Below are positions 42,160 through 50,740 of a stretch of 64,000 nt of DNA, piece after piece. This DNA is from a virus. A program made the position numbers and the translations under genes. How positions within the stretch are numbered: the first letter of the stretch is position 1; the number at the start of each line of letters is the position of its first letter. The stretch spans positions 64,001 to 128,000 of the IMG/VR virus record IMGVR_UViG_3300046744_000381. One strand, 5' to 3'. Below the pieces are notes generated by a model. It saw only the letters and a list, made by a program, of their open reading frames with translations. It ran no database searches and was not told the origin of the DNA.

Positions 42160-42585
42160 ATGAGTTGGTTATACAAAGGTAAAAAAGTAGACACTATTGA
42201 AGACGAATACGAAGGCTTTGTATATCTAATAACAAACAAAAAGACAAAACAAAAATACGTAGGCAAGAAGTTAGCAAAATTTAAGACAACTAAGCCACCA
42301 TTAAAAGGCAAAAAAAACAAACGCAGAGGTCATAAAGAAAGTGATTGGCGTGAATACTGGGGAAGTTCAGATAGACTGAACGAAGATGTAAAAAATTTAG
42401 GCGAAAAAAACTTTACTCGTGAAATACTTTACTACTGCAAAAGCAGAGCTGAAATGAGTTACATTGAAGCACGAGAACAGTTTGATAGGCGAGTCTTAGA
42501 GACAGACGAATACTACAACGGAATCATCAATGTTAGAGTTGGTGGATCAAATAAACTACGCCAGGCACTACTAGAACAAAAATAG
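42160..42585 (+). CDS. Stand-alone GIY-YIG nuclease domain protein
   Basis: GFVYLITNKKTKQKYVGKK, YWGSS, FTREIL, catalytic E in YIEAREQ, YYN; no C-terminal DNA-binding extension. Confidence 0.85.
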   Translation: MSWLYKGKKVDTIEDEYEGFVYLITNKKTKQKYVGKKLAKFKTTKPPLKGKKNKRRGHKESDWREYWGSSDRLNEDVKNLGEKNFTREILYYCKSRAEMSYIEAREQFDRRVLETDEYYNGIINVRVGGSNKLRQALLEQK

Positions 42586-42601
42586 GCTATATAACGAGCT
42601 C

Positions 42602-42607
42602 TAAATA
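42602..42607 (+). promoter_or_regulatory. Possible late promoter (TAAATA) at start of the non-coding structured region
   Basis: TAAATA immediately before the GC-richer structured block. Confidence 0.4.
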
Positions 42608-42609
42608 AA

Positions 42610-42990
42610 ATCCAAGATCCAGCCGAGGTAATGCTCGTCGCCGGTGGTGTGGTATGCTCGCGTGAAGAAACATACGATAGGTTTTAAAGGATTGTGGCTC
42701 TGAGAAAAAGCAACCACAAGGTAAGTGTTTTCGCTTGTTAGGGAATAACTGCCTTCCGTTGATATGACGAAGCTAGAGTAGGAGGATACAGGTCAACCGC
42801 CTCCACTTAATGTTAAGTCAAAGTAACATTAACTTGTTTAGTGTTAAATTGAAATAACATTAAAATCTCTTTTAATAAGATGGCTGAAGCAACTCGAATA
42901 ATGCTCAAAAGCTACCTTCGCCCGGCAACGGGCGAATTATGACTTCACAATCTGAATAATACTAAAAGCATATGCTTTGCATATGCCTTA
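42610..42990 (+). ncRNA. Candidate large structured ncRNA (family unassigned)
   Basis: No ORF over ~500 bp in a dense genome; stems TTGTGG/CCACAA, AAGGTA/TGCCTT, GGAGG/CCTCC, TTCGCCCG-GCAA-CGGGCGAA (GNRA loop); G-U-compatible stems. Confidence 0.55.
42807..42864. repeat. Two tandem near-identical inverted repeats (31-nt period)
   Basis: TTAATGTTA-n8-TAACATTAA and TTAGTGTTA-n8-TAACATTAA. Confidence 0.85.
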
Positions 42991-43067
42991 TTAATATTGT
43001 TATCAAGAACTAATGATTCGTGTTGAGTGATAACGAAAACACAGTTGAACTTAGTTCAACTCATATA

Positions 43068-43083
43068 AACTAAATACATTATA
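43068..43083 (+). promoter_or_regulatory. gp55-type late promoter
   Basis: AACTAAATACATTATA, identical to the minus-strand copy at 38194-38209. Confidence 0.65.
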
Positions 43084-43101
43084 CAGCTGGAACACTTGTG
43101 A

Positions 43102-44793
43102 ATGAAATTAGTAGAATTATTATCTGAAGAAAAAATTATTATTAAAGAAGAAGCAGTAGATATTCCAAAGCTAACTACTTTGTCTATTGACAATTTAGAT
43201 TATAAATGGAATGGATCAACTTGGGTCAGGGCTACAGATAATGCTCCTGCAAAACCTAGTGTTGTATCTCGACTTACAAAAAGCTGGAAATCAATAAATC
43301 CTCCGACTGCTATGTTTGATCCTGCAAAAGCAGCACCTGTTGCTGTAGGTGATAGGTATATTGTTAATTTAAAAGATCAAAACTTTAGTTTTGCAAAGCA
43401 GGTTGATGCAGACACGTTTACGAAACGATTACGCAACGGATCGTCAGTAACTAGAGCATTGCGTGGATTTGAAGGTGCTTATAGAGAAATAGGCAGAGGT
43501 TTATATAACAAGCTAAAAATTGGTTCGGTAATGACTCCGGAACAAATTAGCACTGCAATGAAAAATCGACCTACATTAACTAAAATATTTGCTGGTACAG
43601 TTATGTCTGGATTTTTTAAACTACTAGGTGTTTTAGGTATTGGCATTGGTTTATTTCAAAGTTTCATAATAAATTATGACATAGTTAGCGAAATGCCTGA
43701 TAGTGAATTTCCTGGCGGACAAGCAGAAAAAGAAGAATTAAAATCTATCATTACAGGATTATTTGTTTCACAATGTATACTAATGCTGTCTATGGCTTTT
43801 AGAGTAATAAGGATAGCAACGCTTATAAATTTAATTCGTTCGCCTATAAGAGCAATGCAAATTGGCGCAGCAGCCACAGGCGCTGGTACTATTCCTAGTT
43901 TGATCACTATGATTATAACTGAAGCTGCATTTTGGGGTGCAACATATTTGCTTACTCGTCCTGCTTTTCAGATGAAATTAGCAGAATTTGTAGCAGGAAC
44001 TGTAGCCGCAAAAGTGTTTGAAGGCGTGGGTAATGTAGCTGATTTAGCAGCATTAGGATTGGATACAATGACTAATGGTGCATTAGGCGGAAGCACATTA
44101 AGAGATGCATTAACATTTGAAGGTGGTGTAACAAAAATGCCAACAGGCACATCATATGCATCCAGTGAATGGGCAAAACTAGCTTTCCAGGATATGATCT
44201 TTCCGCCAGATATGGAAAAAGTAAAAGTTCCTTATTTGATGTTAGGAGATAGAACAGGTGCAATTTTTGATGCATTAGAAATTGATCCAAGCGAACGTCC
44301 AGCAGAAAGCATTGACCCGAAGCCAATGTCATCTGGTCAACTTGGACAATTAAGTGATTATGTATTTCCTTACACGCCAGAAATGGCCGACCAACTAAAA
44401 GACACGCACGAGCTTGTTGCTGTTAGTGATAGGATGGGAGCAAGACCTGGTGGAATGAATCAAGAATTATATCTAGCTCCAACACCGGAAGCTCTTAGAA
44501 GTGGTAAGCCAATTCCAATGCCTGACAATCGTGTACTTACAAGAACCGGTGCTAAGATAGAACGTCCTGAAAACTCAAATGATAATGATGAGTTAATTAA
44601 ACGTGCAAGCGATGCAATTGATAGTGCAGAAAATCCTGTTAGAACACAAAATACTGGACGAAGTAATTCTCCAGTAGTTCCTGCAGCTAGACAAGGCAGC
44701 GGTAGATCAGTTGGACGACCTGTAAATATTAGACCAGGTGACGAAGAGAATGCATTAGATGCAATAGCAGCAGACAGAAATAGATTCAATTAA
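43102..44793 (+). CDS. Hypothetical late protein with several hydrophobic segments; candidate head-internal/ejected protein
   Basis: N-terminus MKLVELLSEE...IKEE, hydrophobic stretches (GFFKLLGVLGIGIGLF, IITGLFVSQCILMLSMAF, IPSLITMIITEAAFWGATY). Confidence 0.5.
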   Translation: MKLVELLSEEKIIIKEEAVDIPKLTTLSIDNLDYKWNGSTWVRATDNAPAKPSVVSRLTKSWKSINPPTAMFDPAKAAPVAVGDRYIVNLKDQNFSFAKQVDADTFTKRLRNGSSVTRALRGFEGAYREIGRGLYNKLKIGSVMTPEQISTAMKNRPTLTKIFAGTVMSGFFKLLGVLGIGIGLFQSFIINYDIVSEMPDSEFPGGQAEKEELKSIITGLFVSQCILMLSMAFRVIRIATLINLIRSPIRAMQIGAAATGAGTIPSLITMIITEAAFWGATYLLTRPAFQMKLAEFVAGTVAAKVFEGVGNVADLAALGLDTMTNGALGGSTLRDALTFEGGVTKMPTGTSYASSEWAKLAFQDMIFPPDMEKVKVPYLMLGDRTGAIFDALEIDPSERPAESIDPKPMSSGQLGQLSDYVFPYTPEMADQLKDTHELVAVSDRMGARPGGMNQELYLAPTPEALRSGKPIPMPDNRVLTRTGAKIERPENSNDNDELIKRASDAIDSAENPVRTQNTGRSNSPVVPAARQGSGRSVGRPVNIRPGDEENALDAIAADRNRFN

Positions 44794-45029
44794 AGCAACG
44801 GCATTTTAGAATTTTTTGTATTTTCTATATTATCTTTTACAATTTTAGATATAATTTCTTGATCTTCCATATCGGTATCGTATAGCAATGTCTCCACAGA
44901 GACACCGCCTCTCATATACCAACTGAGTCTATAGATAGTGTCTTTTATTCTTTTAATATCGTTCTCAAAATCATTGGCTAATACTTCTACAGCACTATCA
45001 TCTAAGTAGATTAGCCTTTTCCGAAAAAA
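44790..45029 (-). CDS. -1 frameshift extension of the gp26-like gene (gp51-like / GT-type chaperone segment)
   Basis: 79-codon open frame FFRKRLIYLDD...LSWYMRGGVS...KMPLL* starting at slippery T TTT TTC, fills the gap exactly. Confidence 0.75.
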   Translation of the reverse strand, partial: FFRKRLIYLDDSAVEVLANDFENDIKRIKDTIYRLSWYMRGGVSVETLLYDTDMEDQEIISKIVKDNIENTKNSKMPLL

Positions 45030-45847
45030 TCTGTTTGATCAATGGTTATGCGTATTTCATTTGTTTCTTCACAAGCAGAACATTGAACAGTTTCTTTTGG
45101 TAACAACCACGTTTCGTATTGCTTATCTATATGTGCTTTTATTGCTTTAAACATATCAACATCATAGCTCTCTATGAAATCATAAATTACTTTTTTATCC
45201 TTTTCAACCTCACCATCAACTTCAATACTGTGAATAGAAAGTAAAATTGATTTCATATTCATTTTAGCTATTGAAGACAATACTGTGTCTTGAAATTTAT
45301 TTTTTTCATCTTCGTCTATGATTTTTGGTAACTGTACAGATAATGCTCTTTGAAAACCGACTGATTCTTTTTGTAAATCTGTATAGTCGGAATACGATAA
45401 AGGAACAAAATTAATTTTGAAATCGTTATACAACATAGTATCTTCAAATTCTAATTTGTTCATATAATCGATATACCTTGAAATATCAATTTCGTATGTG
45501 TTATCTTCATTGCATTTTTTACAACGCTGACTAATTTGCATTTTTGTACCATACGTTGCTAAACGTATTGATAGCAGTAATGCGTCAACATCTAAAGTTA
45601 CTAGGTCAAATGGTTTAAGAATAGACGGAATACAACTTTGTATATTTTTTGCAGTTGCTTGCCCGTTTATCAAAGCATCTGGTGTTCTATAAAGTATTTC
45701 ATCATTGGCAGTCATACTAAAAACTGCTAAATTTGAATACGAATCTTCATATAACACACTATCGCTATAGTATTTGCCTTTGCTTGGCAAATCTATATAG
45801 ATTTTTGGCTGTCTTGTATATTTTTTGAGAGGGCTTTCGTTTTCCAT
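45011..45847 (-). CDS. gp26: Baseplate hub assembly / tail assembly chaperone gp26-like
   Basis: YIDLPSKG...MTANDEIL...DVDALLLSIRLATYG, two CxxC pairs (CKKC, CSAC), ends DFF. Confidence 0.75.
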   Translation of the reverse strand: MENESPLKKYTRQPKIYIDLPSKGKYYSDSVLYEDSYSNLAVFSMTANDEILYRTPDALINGQATAKNIQSCIPSILKPFDLVTLDVDALLLSIRLATYGTKMQISQRCKKCNEDNTYEIDISRYIDYMNKLEFEDTMLYNDFKINFVPLSYSDYTDLQKESVGFQRALSVQLPKIIDEDEKNKFQDTVLSSIAKMNMKSILLSIHSIEVDGEVEKDKKVIYDFIESYDVDMFKAIKAHIDKQYETWLLPKETVQCSACEETNEIRITIDQTDFFGKG

Positions 45848-45861
45848 AATTATTCCCTAGG

Positions 45862-45886
45862 TAAATACTAGTATAGAATATTTATA
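45862..45886. promoter_or_regulatory. Face-to-face late promoters for tape measure (+) and gp26-like (-)
   Basis: TAAATA + at 45862-45867; TATAAATA - at 45886-45879. Confidence 0.6.
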
Positions 45887-45912
45887 AACAAAAAAATGCA
45901 GGAGTATGTCTT

Positions 45913-48030
45913 TTGGCTTCGGAAATAGACGAATTTTTAACTGGTAGTGGCAACGCCTTAAGTTTCTTAGGTAGAGAAGCAAAGGGCGCAGCAAATTCAG
46001 TTGTTGGTTTAGCTGGTAACTTGTTATCAGGTAGTATGAAACTATCTGACTACAGTAAAGCATTAGATAAAAATACAAAAATATTAGGTAACCTTGGTAA
46101 AGTTGTAAATGCTTTAACAATGTTCGCTGAAAACAGTTTAGCAGAATATCAAAGTTTAACAGGAATTGGTGCAAGCTTTGGCAAGCAAATGACAGAGATA
46201 AAAATTGCTGCTGCTGAATTTGGTATGACTGTTGAAGATATGACCAAGATGTTAAAAGACAACACAGAAGGGTTGAGCGCATTTGGTGGTACAACTGATC
46301 AAGCAATCAGTAGGTTTAGACAATTTAGTACCAGTGTGTTACAAAGTGATGTAGGTACTAATTTACGTAGATTAGGATTTACTGTTGAAGACATAAATGA
46401 AAACTTGTTAACATATGCAGAAATTGCTGAACAAGACAATCAATTAGAACGCAGTGTAGGTAGAGATAGAAATGCAAGTGCATTAGAGTTTGCAAAAGAG
46501 TTAGATGCACTTAGTAAACTTACAGGTAAGCAACGTGAGGATCTTGCTGACCAAATGAAAGAGGCAAGACGTCAAGGCGATGTGCAAGCATTCTTAACTG
46601 GACAAAGTGCTGATGCAAGCGAAGCACTTAGTACAGGACTAACAAAAATTGGTTCTACTATGGGGCCACAATTTTCTGAATTGTTTAAAGACTTGTTAAT
46701 ACGTGGTGCTCCTACTACAGACGAAACTAGACAGGCATTTGTTGCATTAGGCGATAGTGCTGATGAATTTCAAGCACAAGTAGATGCATTTAGATCGGGT
46801 ATGAATACAAATAACTTTGATGCATTTGATCAAAGTATATCACAAACACAAGCAGCATTTACAGATTATCTAGGAACCGAAGAAGCTAGACAAATCGGTA
46901 TGTTAGGCAACCTGACAGGTATAAGCCAAGCACAGAATCAATTAAGAGAAGATTCATATGTGTTTGCAAACAGACTAAATGCAGCAGGAGCAGCAGCAGA
47001 AGACACTCTTGTAAAATTGCAAAGAATTACTGCTGAAATAGAACGTCAACAAGAAATCCAAATGGGTGCCGAAGATACAAAAAATCTCATAGATGAAACT
47101 ATTAAATTAAACGAAGCCACTCAAAAAATGGTGCTTGCAACACAACAAACTGCACTTAAAAACTTAGAAGAAATGGGTGTTACTGCATTACAAAAAGTAC
47201 AAGCTGCAATGCCAAGTGCAGGAGAGATTACAACACAACTTGGCGGAGTTGTTGATAATTTATTTAGAGCATCAGAAAACGTTGCAGGAGTATACGAAAA
47301 GGGACGTTTTGCAATCGAGAATTTGCCTAATATGGAAGTCGGTGATGTTGAAAATATGACAGTAAATGATTTAGGTGTACCTGAACTAGCAACAGACGAA
47401 AATGCAAATACAAATGCTGAAACATTATCAGAAGAATTAAGCGATGCAAGAGCACAAGTTGCAGAAACTGAACAAAAAATTGCGCAGCTTAGTGCAAGAC
47501 AAACTGAAGCAATGCTTACAGGACAAACACAACAAGCAGATAGTATCGGTGCAGAAATAGATAAAATGAAATCCGAACTTTCGACTGCTATACAAAAGAC
47601 AGGACAAGCATTTACAAATAGTAGACTTGCTGACTATAAAAGGAGTGGATTTACCGGAAGAGGGTTTGCATCAGGAGGATATATTAGATCAGGCGAAGTA
47701 GGAGTTACAGGAGAAATGGGTCCTGAACTTATTACCGGGCCAGGAAATGTTTTAAGCACTGAAAATACTCGTAATTTACTTACTATGATGCGAGGATTGC
47801 GATCACAGATTGACAATAATGCCACTTCGTCGTATAATAATGATACAGATACGATAAGTAATAGTATTACAGAAACAATGGTCTCTATGCTTGAAGGAAA
47901 ATTAAACACACAAAATTCGCTATTAGAAAGTTTACTAAGAGTAGAAAGTGGTGCAGCTGATACAGGTAAGAGACAATTTAGAGCTACTAAAGGTTTAAGC
48001 GGCAATATGCTAAAAGGAATAGGCACGTGA
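45913..48030 (+). CDS. Tape measure protein
   Basis: Long Ala/Leu/Gln-rich helical protein, C-terminal GFASGG...GVTGEMGPEL motif; TTG start 8 nt after GGAG. Confidence 0.75.
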   Translation: MASEIDEFLTGSGNALSFLGREAKGAANSVVGLAGNLLSGSMKLSDYSKALDKNTKILGNLGKVVNALTMFAENSLAEYQSLTGIGASFGKQMTEIKIAAAEFGMTVEDMTKMLKDNTEGLSAFGGTTDQAISRFRQFSTSVLQSDVGTNLRRLGFTVEDINENLLTYAEIAEQDNQLERSVGRDRNASALEFAKELDALSKLTGKQREDLADQMKEARRQGDVQAFLTGQSADASEALSTGLTKIGSTMGPQFSELFKDLLIRGAPTTDETRQAFVALGDSADEFQAQVDAFRSGMNTNNFDAFDQSISQTQAAFTDYLGTEEARQIGMLGNLTGISQAQNQLREDSYVFANRLNAAGAAAEDTLVKLQRITAEIERQQEIQMGAEDTKNLIDETIKLNEATQKMVLATQQTALKNLEEMGVTALQKVQAAMPSAGEITTQLGGVVDNLFRASENVAGVYEKGRFAIENLPNMEVGDVENMTVNDLGVPELATDENANTNAETLSEELSDARAQVAETEQKIAQLSARQTEAMLTGQTQQADSIGAEIDKMKSELSTAIQKTGQAFTNSRLADYKRSGFTGRGFASGGYIRSGEVGVTGEMGPELITGPGNVLSTENTRNLLTMMRGLRSQIDNNATSSYNNDTDTISNSITETMVSMLEGKLNTQNSLLESLLRVESGAADTGKRQFRATKGLSGNMLKGIGT

Positions 48031-49766
48031 GTTGGAAGAAATTTTTTACACCAGTCCCAACAAGTAATAATTCAAATGGAAGTTATAGTCCATTTACTAT
48101 GAAAGGACAAGCAGGTCCGGGACCAGCTGCTTCTAATTACAGTTCCCATTTACCTGATGTTTATGTAGGTTCGCCTAACCGTATCGAAAGATACAATCAA
48201 TATAATACAATGGATAGTGACAGCGAAGTGAATGCAGCATTAGATATTCTTGCTGAGTTTTGTTCACAAAAAGCTTCTGACAACGATACACATTTTAATA
48301 TAAATTTTAAAAAACAAGCTAATAATTCAGAGGTAAAAATATTAGGAGAGTATCTAAAACAATGGTGTAAAATTCAACAGTTTGATACTCGTATGTTCCG
48401 TATTATACGTAATTCTTTTAAATACGGAGACCAATTTTTTATCAGAGATCCTGAATCACAAAAATGGTTCCACGTTGATCCTAGCCAAGTAACAAAGATT
48501 ATTGTAAACGAAAGTGAAGGAAAACGTCCTGAACAATATGTTGTAAAGAATTTAAATTTTGCATTTGGTGCTTTAGAAGCAACACCTTTAAATCAGCAAA
48601 ACAGCTACGGTCCAGGCGGAACATCGGGCTACCAGACTGTTAGTCAAAAAGCAGCTACAGGATCAGCAACACCTCCATCTGGAACAAGTAGATGGCAAAC
48701 AGACCAAAGCGAAACATTTGTTGATGCAAATAATGTAGTTCACTTATCGATGAGTGAAGGATTGGATCAAAACTTTCCTTTTGGTAATAGTTTACTTGAA
48801 AGTATTTTTAAAGTATACAAACAAAAAGAATTACTCGAAGATGCTATTATTATCTATCGAGTACAACGTGCGCCGGAGCGCAGAGTATTCTACGTTGATG
48901 TGGGCAATATGCCTTCGCACCTTGCTATGCAGTTTGTGGAGCGTGTAAAAACGGAAATACATCAAAGACGCATCCCATCCAAGACAGGTGGCGGAACAAA
49001 TGTCATAGACAGCTCATACAATCCACTGTCAATCAACGAAGATTACTTTTTCCCTCAAACTGCTGAAGGACGTGGATCAAAAGTTGAAACACTACCAGGC
49101 GGTACAAACCTAGGAGAGATTGATGACCTTAGATACTTTACTAACAAATTGGTTCGCGGATTGCGTATTCCTAGCAGTTACTTACCCACAGGCGCAGACG
49201 ATGGGGCAAGTCAATACAACGATGGGCGAGTAGGTACAGCATACATTCAAGAGCTAAGATTTAACAAATATTGCGAACGTTTACAAGGAATGCTTGAAGA
49301 AGTTTTTAACTTAGAATTTAAATTATATCTTAAAAACAAAGGTGTTAATGTTGATTATTCAATGTTTGATTTAGATCTAACACCACCTCAAAACTTTGCT
49401 GCATATAGACAAGCCGAACTTGACAACAATAGAATCAGCACCTTTAGTACTATCCAATCGGTGCCATTTATGTCAAATAGATTTGCATTAAAACGCTTTT
49501 TAGGTATGAGCGATGAAGAAATAGCAGAAAATGAACGTCTATGGCAAGAAGAAAATCAAGACAACTTAGATGCAGCAGCACAGCAGCCCGAAATGGGTGC
49601 AGCAGGATTATCAGGCGCAGGTATTACCGACGACTTTGGAGGCTTAGAAACTGAGCTTGGCGACGAAGGTGATGCAATAGATGCAGGAGAAGGCACTCCG
49701 CCTGAGACTGCAACAGGTGACGATATCGGAGGAGCAGAGGCAGCACCAACTGACCAAACTGTATAA
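48027..49766 (+). CDS. gp20: Portal protein
   Basis: LLEDAIIIYRVQRAPERRVFYVDVGNMP, EDYFFP, VETLPGGTNLGEIDDLRYF, ELRFNKYCERLQ. Confidence 0.95.
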   Translation: MSWKKFFTPVPTSNNSNGSYSPFTMKGQAGPGPAASNYSSHLPDVYVGSPNRIERYNQYNTMDSDSEVNAALDILAEFCSQKASDNDTHFNINFKKQANNSEVKILGEYLKQWCKIQQFDTRMFRIIRNSFKYGDQFFIRDPESQKWFHVDPSQVTKIIVNESEGKRPEQYVVKNLNFAFGALEATPLNQQNSYGPGGTSGYQTVSQKAATGSATPPSGTSRWQTDQSETFVDANNVVHLSMSEGLDQNFPFGNSLLESIFKVYKQKELLEDAIIIYRVQRAPERRVFYVDVGNMPSHLAMQFVERVKTEIHQRRIPSKTGGGTNVIDSSYNPLSINEDYFFPQTAEGRGSKVETLPGGTNLGEIDDLRYFTNKLVRGLRIPSSYLPTGADDGASQYNDGRVGTAYIQELRFNKYCERLQGMLEEVFNLEFKLYLKNKGVNVDYSMFDLDLTPPQNFAAYRQAELDNNRISTFSTIQSVPFMSNRFALKRFLGMSDEEIAENERLWQEENQDNLDAAAQQPEMGAAGLSGAGITDDFGGLETELGDEGDAIDAGEGTPPETATGDDIGGAEAAPTDQTV

Positions 49767-49769
49767 ATA
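49762..49769 (+). promoter_or_regulatory. gp55-type late promoter
   Basis: Exact T4 late consensus TATAAATA, 5 nt before the ATG at 49775. Confidence 0.65.
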
Positions 49770-49774
49770 AAACT

Positions 49775-50020
49775 ATGATACTTAGAGAACTTTTTTACTT
49801 TGACAAAGACAACCTAGAACCAATTGAAGACCTTACTTATAGTCCGGCTGATGATACCAGTGTGATGAAAGTTGATGATTCAAGGAAAACAAGACTTTCT
49901 TTAAAAGATATCAACAAGGCACGTAAAGCCTCAGAAAATCACCAAAAAGAAACTACAAAAGAGTTAGAATTTGTTAAACAAATGTACGGACTGGCCGCAC
50001 AAGCACAAGCCGCAGTTTAA
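49775..50020 (+). CDS. Small head-morphogenesis-region protein
   Basis: MILRELF N-terminus; RKTRLSLKDINKARK...VKQMYG. Confidence 0.55.
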   Translation: MILRELFYFDKDNLEPIEDLTYSPADDTSVMKVDDSRKTRLSLKDINKARKASENHQKETTKELEFVKQMYGLAAQAQAAV

Positions 50021-50033
50021 CAAAAGGTGACAA

Positions 50034-50648
50034 ATGTCAAGCAAAAAAGTAGCGTTTGTGCTAGGAAATGGCATAAGTCGTAAAAAAGTTAATCCATTTG
50101 ATTTAAAACAACACGGAACAATATATGGTTGCAATGCACTATATAGAACGTTTGCACCAGATTATCTTGTTGCTGTTGACACAAAAATGATAATGGAAAT
50201 ACAAAAAACAAACTATCATCATAAGCACCAAGTTTGGAGTAATCCAAACAAACTAACCAAGCAAGATCCTAATATCAATAAATTTAATCCTAATAAAGGA
50301 TGGAGTAGCGGACCCACTGCATTGCATATGGCCAGTATGCACGATAATGCAGAAATATATATTTTAGGGTTTGATTATACCGGGCTTGGTGAAAAACAAG
50401 AGTATGTAAACAACATATATGCCGGCACCCAAAATTATAAAAATACACAAGATAGAGCTACATACTACGGTAATTGGCAGAGGCAAACAATGACTTGTAT
50501 AAATCAGTTTGTCCGTACTAAATACGTTAGAGTTACGGCAAATGAGGAAAGCTATATACCGGACACATTAAAAGATTGTAATAATTTAAAACACATCACA
50601 ATTGATAATTTTATTGATTTTTTTGGTTTAACCCCAATGAAATCCTAA
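50034..50648 (+). CDS. Maf/DUF115- or GT42(CstII)-like Rossmann-fold transferase
   Basis: AFVLGNGISR, YGCNALY, PDYLVAVD, SSGPTAL, EIYILGFD motif series. Confidence 0.55.
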   Translation: MSSKKVAFVLGNGISRKKVNPFDLKQHGTIYGCNALYRTFAPDYLVAVDTKMIMEIQKTNYHHKHQVWSNPNKLTKQDPNINKFNPNKGWSSGPTALHMASMHDNAEIYILGFDYTGLGEKQEYVNNIYAGTQNYKNTQDRATYYGNWQRQTMTCINQFVRTKYVRVTANEESYIPDTLKDCNNLKHITIDNFIDFFGLTPMKS

Positions 50649-50695
50649 AATACGCTGTTTTGACCCCATTTTAAGCGTATATTTTATATAAAGTG

Positions 50696-50701
50696 TAAAT
50701 A
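50696..50701 (+). promoter_or_regulatory. gp55-type late promoter (TAAATA) for the head operon
   Basis: TAAATA upstream of AAGGAG SD of 50741. Confidence 0.55.
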
Positions 50702-50740
50702 TAATAGACAGCCTTGTAAAGATAACTAAAGGAGATAACA

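Noticed and set aside
42160-43100. Group I intron with homing endonuclease
   Set aside because: Flanking genes are complete with no interrupted ORF, and I could not find convincing P7/J8-7 core sequences.
45857-46306. 149-aa minus-strand ORF and the out-of-frame ATG at 45906
   Set aside because: The ORF is antisense to the tape measure gene; the ATG is 1 nt from the SD and opens only 13 codons.
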